This document shows, piece by piece, positions 13,944-27,625 of a stretch of 64,000 nt of DNA. The DNA comes from Paragordius varius. Taxonomy: Eukaryota > Animalia > Nematomorpha. The notes below the pieces were generated by a model. It worked only from the letters and a program-made list of their open reading frames with translations. It did not search any database and was not told the DNA's origin. Within the stretch, counting starts at the first letter, position 1. Each line of letters opens with the position of its first letter. The position numbers and the translations under genes were made by a program. The DNA is taken from NCBI GenBank assembly GCA_964247055.1, contig OZ176055.1, forward strand, positions 8,432,001 through 8,496,000, in the 5' to 3' direction.

Positions 13944-14507
13944 CACTTCGATTCAATTTGGGGTATCTGAATACCCCACACCAAATTAAATTTTAAGTCT
14001 AAAAAAAACTACTAAAGGAAACGGTCCTAATTTAAATTTATGCTTCTATCCCAATAAAATATCAATAAGCTAAAATATTTTAATAGAATTTCGTTTTGAA
14101 AAAAAGTTTCATATCAAACTACTACGCCATTTTTATGGAAATTTTTTTTGCAAAATATCGTGTTCATTTATTTTTCAAAGTATAGTTTGAGCTAATTTTT
14201 TATTTAAATCACATCAACACTGATATAAATAAAAAAAAGTGTTTTTTTTTATTATTTTTCAATTTAGCCAATGCACATATGTCACGTTGACTAAATTATT
14301 ACCTTTGGGTTTTTCCTTAAAATAAGTAATATCAGGTATTTTTGAAAAAAGTTTTTTATATATTCCGGTTTATTAATGTTATATAGCAAAATTTTGCCAT
14401 GGTTCTATTACTTCCATAATTTTTTAATTATTTAATTTTAAACAGTGGGGTATCCAACTACCCCAATTTGAATCGAAGGACTACAATGAATGTGTTGTAT
14501 CCAAGTG
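13944..14507. mobile_element. TTAA-type (piggyBac-like) non-autonomous MITE, full copy
   Basis: Ends are CACTT...AAGTG with the subterminal inverted repeat CGATTCAA(A/T)TTGGGGTA. The copy is colinear with those at 23419 and 56385. Its flanks are degraded TTAA. Confidence 0.8.
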
Positions 14508-14538
14508 TTCATCATATGGTTTTAAGCGCAAAATTTAA

Positions 14539-14911
14539 ATGGATGTTAGTACAATCGTCAATTCATTGGTTCCATTTTATGAAAAAGTAATAGAAGAAAA
14601 GCCAAATGCCAATTTAAACAAAACAGAATTTTTAGAGGACCTTAAAAAGGTTTGTAATTTTATGTTAATTGAAGCATCTCAATTTAAATTTATTGTATGA
14701 GTTGGATGGAAGATACGTGGGTGACAAAACTGTTTTAAGTGATTTAAAGTCCAAATAAATTTTAGATGCCAGTCAAACAATACAGGATGACTATACCGAT
14801 TTGTTAGAGAAATGCAACGAAAAAATGATATATTTAAAATATTTTAAGGAAACATCCGTTCTTTTTTACAAGAAATATTTAATGAAAGAATTTGATTATT
14901 TTGATCGAAAG
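14539..14911 (+). CDS. Putative spliced gene of unknown function (first three exons; may continue to a terminal exon near 16470-16567)
   Basis: Exons 14539-14649, 14702-14738 and 14766-14911 join via GT-AG introns (52 and 27 nt) into MDVSTIVNSLVPFYEKVIEEKPNANLNKTEFLEDLKK-LDGRYVGDKTVL-NASQTIQDDYTDLLEKCNEKMIYLKYFKETSVLFYKKYLMKEFDYFDRK. No recognised domain; the second acceptor is weak. Confidence 0.35.
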
Positions 14912-17327
14912 GTAATTAATATATTACAATTAATATAAACAATAAGGATAGGAGAAATACATAATGTTCCGAATTGAGTTAAACGGCCTATTTTTTTCTG
15001 TTATTTTAAAATTATATTTATAATAAAATATTTGATTACTTTGATACAAAAGAAAGAAATTGATTAAGGTGATTTTTCGCCAAAAATGTTTTATTCTTTA
15101 AAATATAAATTATTTTTTCTAAAACCGCAATTCAAGAAAAACGCCATCAATAACAAAATGTGAATGGATAACTTTGATAAAAAAATCATGATCTGGTACT
15201 TTAATTTTTGAAAAAATAAACACTTTCTTGCCATCATTGTCTAGTATACTTTGAAATTTAATCGATAGGGCGTTTTGGCTATAGAAAAAAAGGTTGCAAA
15301 AAAACTGTAAGATAAGCAAAGCTGGATTATCCAGTTTAGATCCAAATGGTAAAAATTTAAAACTGTTGTGAAACTACAAGAGATGTGATATCTCAAATAC
15401 CTGAATATCTTCCCAACTTACCATTCGAAAAATTAAAAATAACCCGTAAAAGGTGCATATCGGAACCACGGACACAAAAACAAGTGATTACACTATATAA
15501 ATGTGCCTTTATCCACACGTCTAAATTTTATATAGACGAATCTTAATTTTCGCTCCCGAAAAATATTATCATTGTGGATTTCTATAAATATTTTTTTGTA
15601 TATCTATACCACAGTTGCTAGAAAGATATTGTATCTCGAAGATTTAAAAGGCAGATTAATTTTTTAACCCTTATTATCCGTAGAATCCCATTAAATTATG
15701 TTTTAACCAAAGTAGCCTGTTCTCAAACTATAATTGATTATTAATAGGGCATTTGTGTGGAGCTAGATTATGTTGCCTTAACATATATCTTTGAAAATAA
15801 AATTTAACAATTTACTTTTTGTCCTAAATTACATTTACATATATTATTTAACATGTTTATCCTGAATATGGCTTTATTCGTATGACTTTTTATTATAAAA
15901 TTAATCACGTATAAAAATTATTTGGAAAAATAGGTGACCATACTTTTTCACTGCATGGCAAAAAATTTATGTCAGAACTTTAAAAGTGGTTTAAAAAAAT
16001 TGACCATCAACAACATTATAATTTCTCTCGTTTGTATAAAGGATGTTGAAAACATTTTTAAATAATATTAACTAATCATTTGTTTTAATATTAATCATTT
16101 ATTTTTCGTGCTTTTCAATTCATCTTACTCTGTAAAGATATGTAATTTTTTTGTTTTTTTAAAAACGAAAACTCTTAAGAGTTGACTGCTTAAAATCAGT
16201 TTTTTGTGTTATTATTCCGTATATGCAAAGTAACTCACCAATTTTTTTCCAATACGAACAAATAAAAAACAAATCTTCTACCCTCAATTTAAAACATTAT
16301 TAAAGCCTTTTTTAACCTATCTTATGCGATATATAAAGATTTACATGTTAGAAATTACATATAGTAAAAATAAATCAAAATAGTGTTTTGATCAAAAAAT
16401 TAACCATTGTCAATATTTTTAAATGTAATTATTATTTAATCAAAACATACCATTAATGTATTTTATATAGTTAAACGAACTCGATTCCGAAAAAATTACA
16501 TCGACTCACGATATCAAACGGGAAAATTCGTTAAAAACTTTGGTGGATGCCTTTAAAACAATATAATACTCGATTGGAATATCAACAAAATATATGATAA
16601 CATTTATTGAATAATATATACGTATATATATAGATAAAAATAAATATCAAAACACTACTTACATTTGATACAAAATACTACTTGATTTACATATCACTGA
16701 AAGCAGGGAATACGGATGTTGTTTCATTAACGCCTAACAGATAAAAAATTAAATAAAATTTATAAAGGCCCCTTCATTTTATATAATTACTGATTAAATT
16801 TACAAGGAATAACAGTTTTTGGGCACAATTATACCAATCTTAAAACTAAAAAAATAGATATTTAAGAGGGAAAATTTAAAATTAGGAAATAAGTTTTATA
16901 TTTCAACTCAATCCCCTTGTAATAATAAATTTTTAAGCTTTAAAGTCTATAAGTTTAACTAATGGTCTTATTTTTAAGGTTGAGTGGTATTTTCAAGAAA
17001 TGATGAGGTATTCTTATAAGCTATTCATGTTGAAAATCAAAAAAATAGACCTGGATTTTTCAACCAATTATAATTATTTCCGAAATTTCAACCCGATTAT
17101 TTTAAAAAGTCTACAAGAAAATATACCATTTATAATTCAAATTCACCTTTGAACTATTCAAATTAACCCTAAAATGAAATTTTGTTTAAAATTAAAATAA
17201 TACTGAAAAAAATAATAAACTATGCCAATAAGATATATTTCAAATCAATCATGAGTTTATATATGGGTGAATTTAAATTGTAAGTGGTATAAATCAAAAT
17301 ATTATACAAACTAACTGTCTTGTCGAT

Positions 17328-19812
17328 TTAACTTATACAAGAATATAACCTACCCATATCATCGTCCAACATTTTATCCATCTTAGCCAAGGATGATGCA
17401 TTTTTGCCATAATCATTATTAATGTTATCCAATGAATTTGTCATGTTATGGTCAGATTTTATTCTTTTACTGCTGCTCGGCTCAGCTTTTTCACTTAATC
17501 CATCAGTCATTAGTGTGGTATAATCTTGACGCCTACTAACTTTTTTCATTTCATGGACCTTAATTTTACGTTCCAGGTTTCGCTTAAACTGGAAAATGTT
17601 ATAACTCAGATTAATTATACGTGGTGTTGAAGTAGTATTACTTGTATTATTTTCTTGATGTGTATTCTCTGAATTAGTAGATTTATGTCTATTGTAACTT
17701 TCTTGCGGTGTTGTTTTTACAATGACAGATTTAATCGTTTCTTTATCGTAGTGTGTGTTGTCTTCCTCAAAAACATCCTCTAAAAGAGTATCATTACTAT
17801 TAATATGGTCATGCCCATTCATCGTGTGATTTTGTGTATTGGTAGATCCTAAAAAATATATATTATGGTTCACACTAATAAATTTAACATAGAAAGTTGA
17901 AGATTATTATAAAAAAACCATATCTTTGAACTTTTGACTCTTATTGTACAAAAATGAAAATTTGTAAAACTCAATATCTAAATATAAATGAGAATTAAAA
18001 TAATATGGCTTGGTGCTATTGAATTTGGCTAAAACCGCTTTAAAAAAGTATTAGGTAAATTGACACTCAGTTTAATTAATTTTAATTTTTGATGGTATTA
18101 AGTTAGCCCAAACATTTTAAAGAGTTGAGAACAACATGTCATTTATTATGTAAGTGGTCAATATTTTTAAACCGTTTATATTTCAGCCTGGTTTTACACA
18201 TCTCAAATATTAATAAAACCAAATAAAATATAATTTTAAAAAATTACCCATCAATTTTGGATCCTGGAAAAATGTGGGATCATCCAATTTTTTAATTTCA
18301 TTTTCAATCAATTCTCTTCTGTCAAGTATGTCTTCTAAAAAATTGTTATTCAATGATTGTATGGTATATCAGAGGATATTAGACATATTATTATATTCAT
18401 TAAATTTTACAATGATTAAATATAATTCGATGTTATATTATATAGATTTTGATTTGCAAATATAGTGTTTATTCTGTTATAGTCGACATTATTAACTTGA
18501 CTCTTCTCTCAATGATTGATATGTAAAAAATCAACATACTATAAGATTAACAATTTTTAACCATTTTAAATTATTCATTTTTTTAGACCAAAATGGCAAA
18601 AGCTAAATTAAAATTTTAAAAATTAATATATATACGTTCAATTTGAGAGGCAGTTTCATCAATTTTTTTCTGCAAATCGCCATCAAGCAGGGACGGGACA
18701 TAGTATATGGGTGGATACGTGTCGGTTTTTATAAAATTTTTCAATTTATTTTGATATGATTCCCATGATTCTTGCTATGAAAGAAAAATATATGAATTAG
18801 TTGGTTTTTATTACTTTTTGGAATGCTTGTACCTTAAAACAATTTAACTTATAACTAATCTCTTATATTAGGGCAGTATAAAAATGGATATTATAGCGTT
18901 TTCGGAATGTTTAAAAAAATCCTCAACTTATTGTATTTGTTGCCTAATTATGAAAGCATTTGATTGTAACTAGCGGTCAATTTTCGTTTATTAATTTTAA
19001 ATATCGGTGCTCAAATTCATATCAACCATAAATTTTAAAATTTCAAAGTCAATCAAAAAAAATTTAAACTTTAACTATATATATAAGTAAATATAGATCA
19101 TGGGATATTATACCGGGTCAAAATATATAATTTGTTAATTTTACCATTTTCAAAATTTCAATCTTGATTTCCAGAGCCTTCATTTTATTTTTCGCACTCT
19201 TTTGCTGAGTAAAAAGTTCCCGTTTTTCCTGAATGAGCTCTTGTTTTTCTTGATTAGCTTTATCTTCCAACTTTTTTTCAATCTCTTGTCTCATCATAAT
19301 TTTAGGCTATTTTATGTAATAAAATAAATTTTATTTAATTAAAATGTTTTTTAAAAAAATAAAGGCTACTTTAGCTTGATCAGATTCTTTTTTAAATTGA
19401 TTCAAAGTACCAAGAAGATGACCAAACATCCTTTTATTTCTAAAAATATTAATTTTCAGTTAACCTATCAACTAAAACTTGGTTTTTTTGACGAACCATT
19501 AAATCTTCCCGTGAAATTTTTGGTTTTAATTGTACTATACTGGAACTCAAAATTAACTAAAAATTTAAGGTTTATTCAATACTTTATCATTTAATTGCTG
19601 ATCGTCATCACTGATAGTATCGTCATTGTTAATGTCTATTTGATCTTTTGCCTTATTATCTCGTACAAATCTTAAAAATAATTTTTTTAATGAAACCTTT
19701 TATTGTTGCTATTATATGTGAATTTTTTCAGCGACTCATTTATGTTATCCAAGTTGCCTTTAGCTTTTTCATACTCTTTTTCAATATATTGCATGGACAA
19801 GACGTCTGCCAT
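17328..19812 (-). CDS. PNN: Pinin (Pinin/SDK/memA domain; ASAP/PSAP splicing complex component)
   Basis: Exons 19697-19812, 19583-19670, 19465-19556, 19370-19439, 19145-19306, 18636-18774, 18248-18334 and 17848 down to ~17328/17354 splice in phase. The product includes EKEYEKAKGNLDNINESLKK, ISREDL...RNKRMFGHLLGTLNQFKKES, RQEIEKKLE...KRELF and ESWESYQNKLKNFIKTDTYPPIYYVP, all matching pinin. The exact stop is uncertain (17328 by read-through, or a few codons further after one more short intron). Confidence 0.93.
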
Positions 19813-20434
19813 TTCAAAATTTGATAATACAAAATCTTGTTCGGTCAAATGTGAATTATAAAAATTTGCATATATATTTTTAACACATCCTTTTACCTCC
19901 TAGTATATATATTTTACCAGAGCTCAATTTTGCATATAAAATACAGTTTTAACAGTTATTTTTGATTATTTATTTATCAAATGTTCTCTTTACAAAGCTT
20001 CCACAATGAAAATATATAAAATATATATAGGAAAATGCATCCGAATATCATGTTACTTTTGGTTTTGGCCCTAACAAATGATTTTAAAATTATTTACACT
20101 CTAACGCGCTCCTTATCAAAAAATAGATTGTACACATTTTTTTAAATAATTTATTTTTGAATTTCAAATATATTAAAAAATATCATAAACTGCACATAAA
20201 AAGTGAAAAATATTTTCAAAAGAGTTAATTTCTTGATGTGCGCCATGAAAGTTCCAAATTGTATGGCTCATCTCAAAAGGTCTAGCCTCTTAAAATAGAT
20301 TAAAAAAGGCCCGGATCGCGCGATAATAAATTAAAATATATGCCGAATTTCCATATTAAATAAAAGTATTTTTTAAATGCATTCTTTTTAAAAAAAATTG
20401 TTCAAGCGTACTTTAAACTATTTTGAGGCATGAT

Positions 20435-23386
20435 TAAGGTGACCAGACGTCCCGCTTTTTCGCACTTTGTCCCGCGTCCCGCTACGTTTTTTAAATGTCC
20501 CGCTTTTTCACGATTATATAAAAAAATTTTTAACATTTAAATTTTTTATATAAAATTTATTTTTTTTATCCGTTTAAATTTTTTATCATTAGTTATTTTT
20601 AAAATCTATATCAATTTTATTTAAATTATTTTTATTAAATTAAAAATATTTAATTTTTTTGAATTCATATTATATGATTATACACTTAGCTTCCTACTCC
20701 TACTGCCAACATTATCAAAAAGACAAATTAATTCCACAAATCAGTAGCTTATACGTTTATTCAATAAAATTAAGGTAATAAAATATTTTTTACTAATATT
20801 TTAATTATATTACCTGCCAACATCATCAAAAAGAAATTAATTCCATAAATCGATAGCTTATACTTTTACTCCAGAAAATCAAGGTAATATAATATTTTTT
20901 ATACTATTAGTAATATGAGTACAAAAATAGGTTGTAAATTTAACGAATAATTAATGAAAGAATTTCCTTTTATCAAAAAAACGAGTAATTCATTTGTTAA
21001 ATGTTTATGCGAGGGGGAATTCACCTTAGCACATGGCGGCAAGCATGATATTACAAAGCATATGGAAACACAGAAACATAATAAATGTTTAGATATGGCG
21101 GCATCATCTTTCAAAATGAACGATTTTATCGAAAAACCGCTAGAGGAAGAAAAGAATTTGGCACTAGCCTAAGGCGTTTTATCTTTTCACGCCGTTAATC
21201 ACAATCAATCCTTTAGGTCTATGGATTGTACCTCACCGGTTATTTGTACCTTATTCAATTAAAACTTTACATGTGCCCGTACAGAAACTGAAGTCATTGT
21301 ATGGAATGTCCTTTCGCCACATGCATTTTCTGAAATGCAAAAAGATTTCCTGAAAATTAATTTCATACCGCTTTACTCTGATGCATCAAATCACATGGAA
21401 ACAAAATTATTTCCCACTTAAACAAGATATTTTTATCCAGAAATTTTAGATTTTATTTCTCTATCCGGTGAAATTCCTTCATAATTTTTACTTCAATAAT
21501 CAATATTTTAGAAAAAAATAATCTAAAAGACAAAATCGCATATTGCGCTGACAACATCAATACGAACTTCGATGAAAAAGCAAGAAGGGGACAAAAAATA
21601 TTTTTCATGAATTAGCCGATAATCTTCATCAAAACTTTATTGGCGTTGGGTGTGCAGCGCATATAATACACAACGCTATTCAAATAGCTGCTGATTTGTT
21701 CCCCCTAGATGTGGTAAATGTAGTTGTTAAAATACATTCCTATGTTTTTATATACATGGTACGCGTTGAAACGCTTAAGGAATTCTGTTTAAATGCAGAA
21801 GTTCAATATAAAAAATGCTTGGATATTTGAAACTCGTTGGTTAGCTCTTCTGCCAGCTATCGAAAGAATTTTAAAAATGTATTCCTATAAAATAAAATTT
21901 TTTATCACACAAATGTCCTAAAACTTTGGAAAAGTTTTTTGAAAATTCTTCAAAAATATGGTTAGAGTTCTTACACAATCAAGCTTCTCTCTTTCAAAAT
22001 GTTATTAAATTGATAGAAGGTAATTTCGGCCATCGAAGTAGCCAATGAAGTTAATAACCTAAAATTTCAATGTCACGAAGTTAGAAAATATTTTTATACC
22101 ATTAATCATCCGCTATATTATATATAATTTAGAAAAACAAGGCTTAATAAATCGCCAAGATATCCTGTACCATATAAAAATGTTTTATACAAACTGTAAA
22201 GATTATTTGGAAGACGGATGGTGCAATTCAATGAAATTGATTATTTTCATTGGATAACATTCAAACCAGAATTCAATTAGTGCGAAGTTCAAAAATCATT
22301 GATTACATCTGCATCTCTCAAAAATTCCCAAAAAGTAATCTTTCAGAGAATGATTTTTTTTCTGAAGTATCATTAGCTAAAAAATATATTTATAATGAAA
22401 AACTTAAATTATGGACACCAGAAAAAATACAGTAGAAAAGAAATGGTTAGAAGTATTTCATCATTTTGAAACAAACTATGTTCCATACAATAATGTTTTA
22501 ATAATTGTGGAATTTGCACTATCTTTACCTAAAACAAACGCTACTGAGCGCGTTTCCACAGTAAATCAGGTGTGGACATCGGAATTTAAATAATGAAACT
22601 TTAAAGGCCATTTTATCTATCAAGTATAATTTGACGAATTCTTGTGAAGACTTCTACAATATTTTAAAAAATGATGACAATCTGCTAAAACGCATTCACT
22701 TAAATAAAAAATATACCAAGGAATAAAATATTTTTTTGTATTTATAATGTACTAGCGTAAATCTTGTGCTACTACGCAGCCCGAGGAAGTCCTTCGGACT
22801 TCTGGGGGAGAGGGCTATTTGAAAAAAAGGGATAAAAGGATCCACATATGGATTATTTCGAAAAATTAATTAATAGCTATGATCTCATAGGAATTTAAAA
22901 CGGTGCATTACTAATATATTGTTTACTTGGGGAAAAATAGATTTAAAAAATTATTTTTGTGGACTTTGTTTTTTTGAAAAAAATGGCATTTTACGAGGGG
23001 AGCGGGTAAAAAGAGGGCCTGAATTGAAAAAGCGAGCCGATTATGTTGGGCGCAATCGAAAATAAGTAAACTAAAATCATATTTGAAATTGAATTGTCCA
23101 ACACGTTCTCCGGAAAATTGTCTCAAAGACACGATTTTTGTGGACTTTTGTTTTCAAAAAACCGTTTACACGGGGTGGCCCCGAACTGGGAACCCAATTC
23201 AAAAAAGGGCGAAGCTATTGTCGGGGCATTTATTAATGATTTTATTTTTTCCACATTTGGATTTGAATGGGTCTACCGGTTTTCCGGAATCAGATCACAA
23301 AACCAGCATTTTCCATTTTTATAAAAATCCCCCCCCCCTTTCTCAGATTTGTCCCGCTTTTTCCTTCAAAAAATCTGGTCACCTTA
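20435..23386 (+). mobile_element. hAT (Blackjack-type) DNA transposon with pseudogenised transposase
   Basis: TIRs TAAGGTGACCAGA / TCTGGTCACCTTA carry a perfect 8-bp TSD GGCATGAT (20427-20434 and 23387-23394) and repeated GTCCCGC subterminal motifs. Transposase remnants are KCLCEGEFTLAHGGKHDITKHMETQKH, DASNH and EFALSLPKTNATERV, with many stops and frameshifts. Confidence 0.93.
22845..23320. repeat. Repeat family B, copy 2 (left end fused directly to right end), nested inside the Blackjack hAT
   Basis: 22845-22926 matches 31014-31120, and 22927-23320 matches 32695-33070. The tandem-unit core is absent. Confidence 0.8.
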
Positions 23387-23418
23387 GGCATGATGGAAAC
23401 GGATTAAAAACACTTTAA

Positions 23419-23949
23419 CACTGCGATTCAAATTGTGGTATCTAAATACCCCAGACTTAATTTAAATTAATATTTCTAATACTAAAGGAAACAGTCTCAA
23501 TTTAAATTTATGCTTCTATCCTAATATAAATCCTTCAAAATATAGAAATAAAATTTCGTTTTGAAATAAAAATTCCATGTCAAACTACTTCACCATTTTT
23601 TTACACTTTTAATATCATGCTTATTTGATTCTAACATTAAAATTAAAGCTATTTTTTATTTTAATATCTAACATTGATAGAAATAAAAAAGTAGTTTATT
23701 TAGTATTGTTTTTCAATTTGGCCAATGTATGTATGTTACGTTGAATAAATTTTTACATTTGGTTTTTACATTAAAATTTATTATGAAGTATTTTTGATGA
23801 TTATTTTATATATTTCGGTTATTAATGCAATAGAAGTGTAAAATGGCCTCAATTTATTATATATTTTTTAAAGTATTTAATTTAAATTGGCGTATCCGAT
23901 TACCCCAATTTGAATCGAAGAACCTAAATGAATGTGTTGTATCCAAGTG
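23419..23949. mobile_element. TTAA-type (piggyBac-like) MITE, full copy
   Basis: TTAA|CACTGCGATTCAAATTG...GTATCCAAGTG; colinear with 13944 and 56385. Confidence 0.8.
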
Positions 23950-23959
23950 TTTTTATTTA

Positions 23960-24470
23960 AATTAAGGTATTATACCTTAAACTATATTAAAGTTGATATT
24001 TTTAAATACTACGGAACAAATGGTTCCAATTTATTATGCTTCTATCCTAACAAAAATCACATAAATACGCCTAAAAATATAAATAAAAATTAATTTTTAA
24101 ATTAAAGTCGCACATCAAACTAATTGGCCGCATTTTGATTGAAAAACATTTTATAAATATATTGTTTATTTAATTTTAAAGCTTAAATTAAAGCTAATAT
24201 ATTGATACCTCATCAACGTTGATAGAAACCGAAAAATGGTTTTTCTATTATTTAAATTTAGCTAATGCACACATAGCATATTTACTAACTTTTTAACTTT
24301 AGGTTTTATTTTAAAAGAAGTAATATCAAGTATTTTTGGATAAATTATATTTTTATTTGGTATACTAATGTTATATAGAATTATTCCCATGGTTTTAATA
24401 TCCATAATTTTTTAATTTTAAAGCTTAGGGTATTAAGGACTCCAATTGGAATCGAAGGACTGAAATGAAT
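23960..24470. mobile_element. Older, end-eroded copy of the same TTAA-type MITE in tandem
   Basis: Shares internal blocks (TATGCTTCTATCC, AAGTAATATCAAGTATTTTTG, GAATCGAAGGACT) in the same order but lacks the CACT ends. Confidence 0.7.
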
Positions 24471-26012
24471 AGGGTATGGAGAAATTATCATGAAAACACT
24501 TCACTATTCAACTTCAGAATTTTGATTGTTCTATGGTCTTCAAAATGTGCCATTGTGTTTTTTTTTACAAAAATGAATTCAAAAGAAGGAAATTTTGATT
24601 ATCGAATTAAAAAGTGTTTTATAATATCTTAAAGCGTTTTCAAACCATTATCATGCCTAAAACAGTATGAATAACAAAATTTTGTTAAAGATATATTTAA
24701 AAAAGTATTTATTTTTTTCAAATTATTTTTAATTTTAGCAAATGTTTACCATCATCGCGCATCCCCGGCATTTTTGGGTTTATCAAGGACTGGCCCATTT
24801 TAAAAGAGCAAAAAAATATATGACTTTCAAGGCCTACATATAAAAATTAAATTTTTATGTTGTTTTGATTTTAATATGTAGTAATAAAATTTTTTAGAAT
24901 AAAGCTTCCATCTTCCAAAAAAATATATTAAAAAAATATGCGAAAATTTTGCTATTTTCTGAGACCTAAAATATGACTATTAACATAGTTCTTTTTATTA
25001 TAAAAAACTTATTATTTTTTTACAGTTTTTTAACTTATCCAAAATTAAGATAGCTCCAAAGGACCCTTTAACAACGAGCTGGTTTTACGGTTAATTTGGC
25101 TTAAAATCTTTATGTTATATATCATTAAACCATAAACACATATTTATTTGCCTGTTAAATTAGAGATTTGAAAATTAGGGAATATGCGGGCTAAAAAGTA
25201 ATAGATAATTATTTTATCACCATAACGTTTTTTTAAATTTTTTTTAGACTAAGGAATGCATAGCAAATACTTTTTATATTCGACTCTAAAATTGGTCTGT
25301 GGCAGAAAACTACCCCAATATGTAGTGAAATGTTAACCTTTTTACGATTTAACCATAAGAAATATTTTGATGAGATATAAGATTTCTGATAGAAAATGCA
25401 CCGGAATTCTCCGGAGCTCATTTTGGCTTCACTGGTGATTTGAATTTAGTTTGGCAAAATATATTATATATAGTTTTTTTTATTTTTTTTAGAATTATTT
25501 AACTATGTCATCTTTTCTTATTGCGCGTACAATATAAAATTTAGAGCTATAAGTTATATTTATTGAAATATTAAATCACTTTTGATGTTGTAAACTTTGA
25601 TATTTGTACAAATGGATGAAATAATATATATTTTAGCATATGCTAGAAATAGTTTGATAAATTCTTAATTTACTGTTTTCTAAAAAAATATAATCGAAGA
25701 TTTAGTATTCTTGATATATCGAAAATGTAGGTATTGATATATATTTTGATAATTTAAAAATAATTTTTACAGAATTCGTGCCGCTATACTCGAAAACGGC
25801 GGGCCGCATCTATATGGTTATTCACTTATTAGTTTTCAAACATAAAACTGTAAAATGCAAACATATTATAACATTTTCTATCGTTTTTGCTAATTAACCC
25901 TTATAACACGTAAAATTCTAAATTCTTATTTATTTTATATTATATCTATTTATCTTCAAAGTTTATTCTATCTTTTATCACTTATCCACTTTAAATTTTG
26001 TTATAACATACC

Positions 26013-27299
26013 TAGGGTTGTGATTTTGACCCCCTTTTTTTGAAAAAGGGGGTCATACCATATGTTATTGCCAATAATAAATAATTACATACATAAATAC
26101 TTGATTAAATCTAAAAAAAGGTTTCTACATAAAGTATATATTTTTTTAAAATTATACTTTCACCAATCCTGATAAATTAAATTTCTACAATTGACGATCT
26201 TTCCTGGAATCACACATAAAGACTTATAGAAAGTTTCAAATCACAGAAAGCTAAGACTAACGAGGAAATATGGATTTATTGAAATTTATTAATGCTCTAT
26301 TTATTTAGATTGTGTAAAAACGAGTCCTTGTCCATGAACTTAACGTTAACTTAGGATGATTCAAAAAATTAATATTTTGAAATTTTTTATACTTTATTAG
26401 TAATATATAATCGTGCTCACTACATTTAAAATTTTAGTAATCTTAGTAAGTTTAATATATGCTTTGATAAAATTATTTAAAATATGACATTGGCATCCAT
26501 GCCATAGCAGCCTTCATGTTCGCTGCATTATCGGTCACAATGGCATTAATTTTTATTTCGAATATCTTTTATTGGTTCCATTATGTTATAGATACATTCG
26601 GCAGTCTTACCAAGATAAGATGTGTCAATAGTAATAAAAAATGATTTTTGGGATCCTTGGCCAATAAATATTTGCTTGCTACGAATATTGGTAAAGGGAT
26701 CGTCGATTAATGAAATATTATTTTTACATATTCCAATAACTTCTATTTTTATATCTTCATAACATGAATCTAGTAATTCATTGGAAATCTGTTTTCTATT
26801 TGGAATAGCATAATTAGATTTAAACTATGAATGAAACTCCATAAATTATTTTCAACAATGTTAAGAGTTGAGGATAATAAATTTTGCTAAATGTTTCTGG
26901 CTAATTACTCTTAAAAACAGAAACTTTTAGGACATAACCTAAGAAATTATAATTAGGTTGCTTTCGACCATCACCCTCTGTAATTTATTTTATGAACATC
27001 TTTTAGATGTTTCTTCATTCGGTTTTTATTTAAATATATACAGTGTAATTGCATTTCTTGCATTTAACATGATTTTTTTGATCGAAAAATTTCCACAAGG
27101 CTGATTTCATTATGATTTAGAGAAAAAATGTGTATCATGTGATATTTAAAACAAAACATATATAGATTATATAAGGTTTTGTTTTCCTAAAAAATGTAAA
27201 TTAAAAAAATAAAAAATTTAAAATAATAAAAAAAATTGACCTAAGTCATTTTTTTTCGTGGTCATGACCCTAGGTCATTGACTAATGGGCACAACCCTA
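26013..27299 (-). mobile_element. Internally deleted hAT (Ac-like) element with transposase relic
   Basis: TIRs TAGGGTTGTG / CACAACCCTA carry a perfect 8-bp TSD AACATACC (26005-26012 and 27300-27307). The minus strand shows a BED-finger remnant (HVKCKKC, ~27050-27085), YAIPNRKQISNELLDSCY and INAIVTDNAANMKAA (~26505-26550). Confidence 0.9.
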
Positions 27300-27625
27300 A
27301 ACATACCTATTCCCATTTTTGTTTTTGGACGTAGGACTTACCGTTGGCCTTTTCCTATAATTTGCCTATTAATATTCTCTTAAATATATAGATTGTATTC
27401 TTGGATAAGTATTGTAGCACTATTTATTTTATTTTTTACTATGACACATAAAATAACCCTTAATATATTGTTTTATACATAAATTTTGCTTTAAATTTTT
27501 TATTGCGAAATATAATTTCCGTTTTTACCTATAGCCTAGGTTTTTTTTTAACATCTATCAATTTGTCATAATTAGTTCGACACTTCAATTTTATTATTTT
27601 TATTTTGTATGTTTAAAGCTGTCAA

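Noticed and set aside
23083-23418. Recurring ORFs ending ...LSQRHDFCGL... (also at 13289 and 32845)
   Set aside because: These are translations of the same repeat-family-B right end; frames and stops differ among copies, so they are not a conserved protein.
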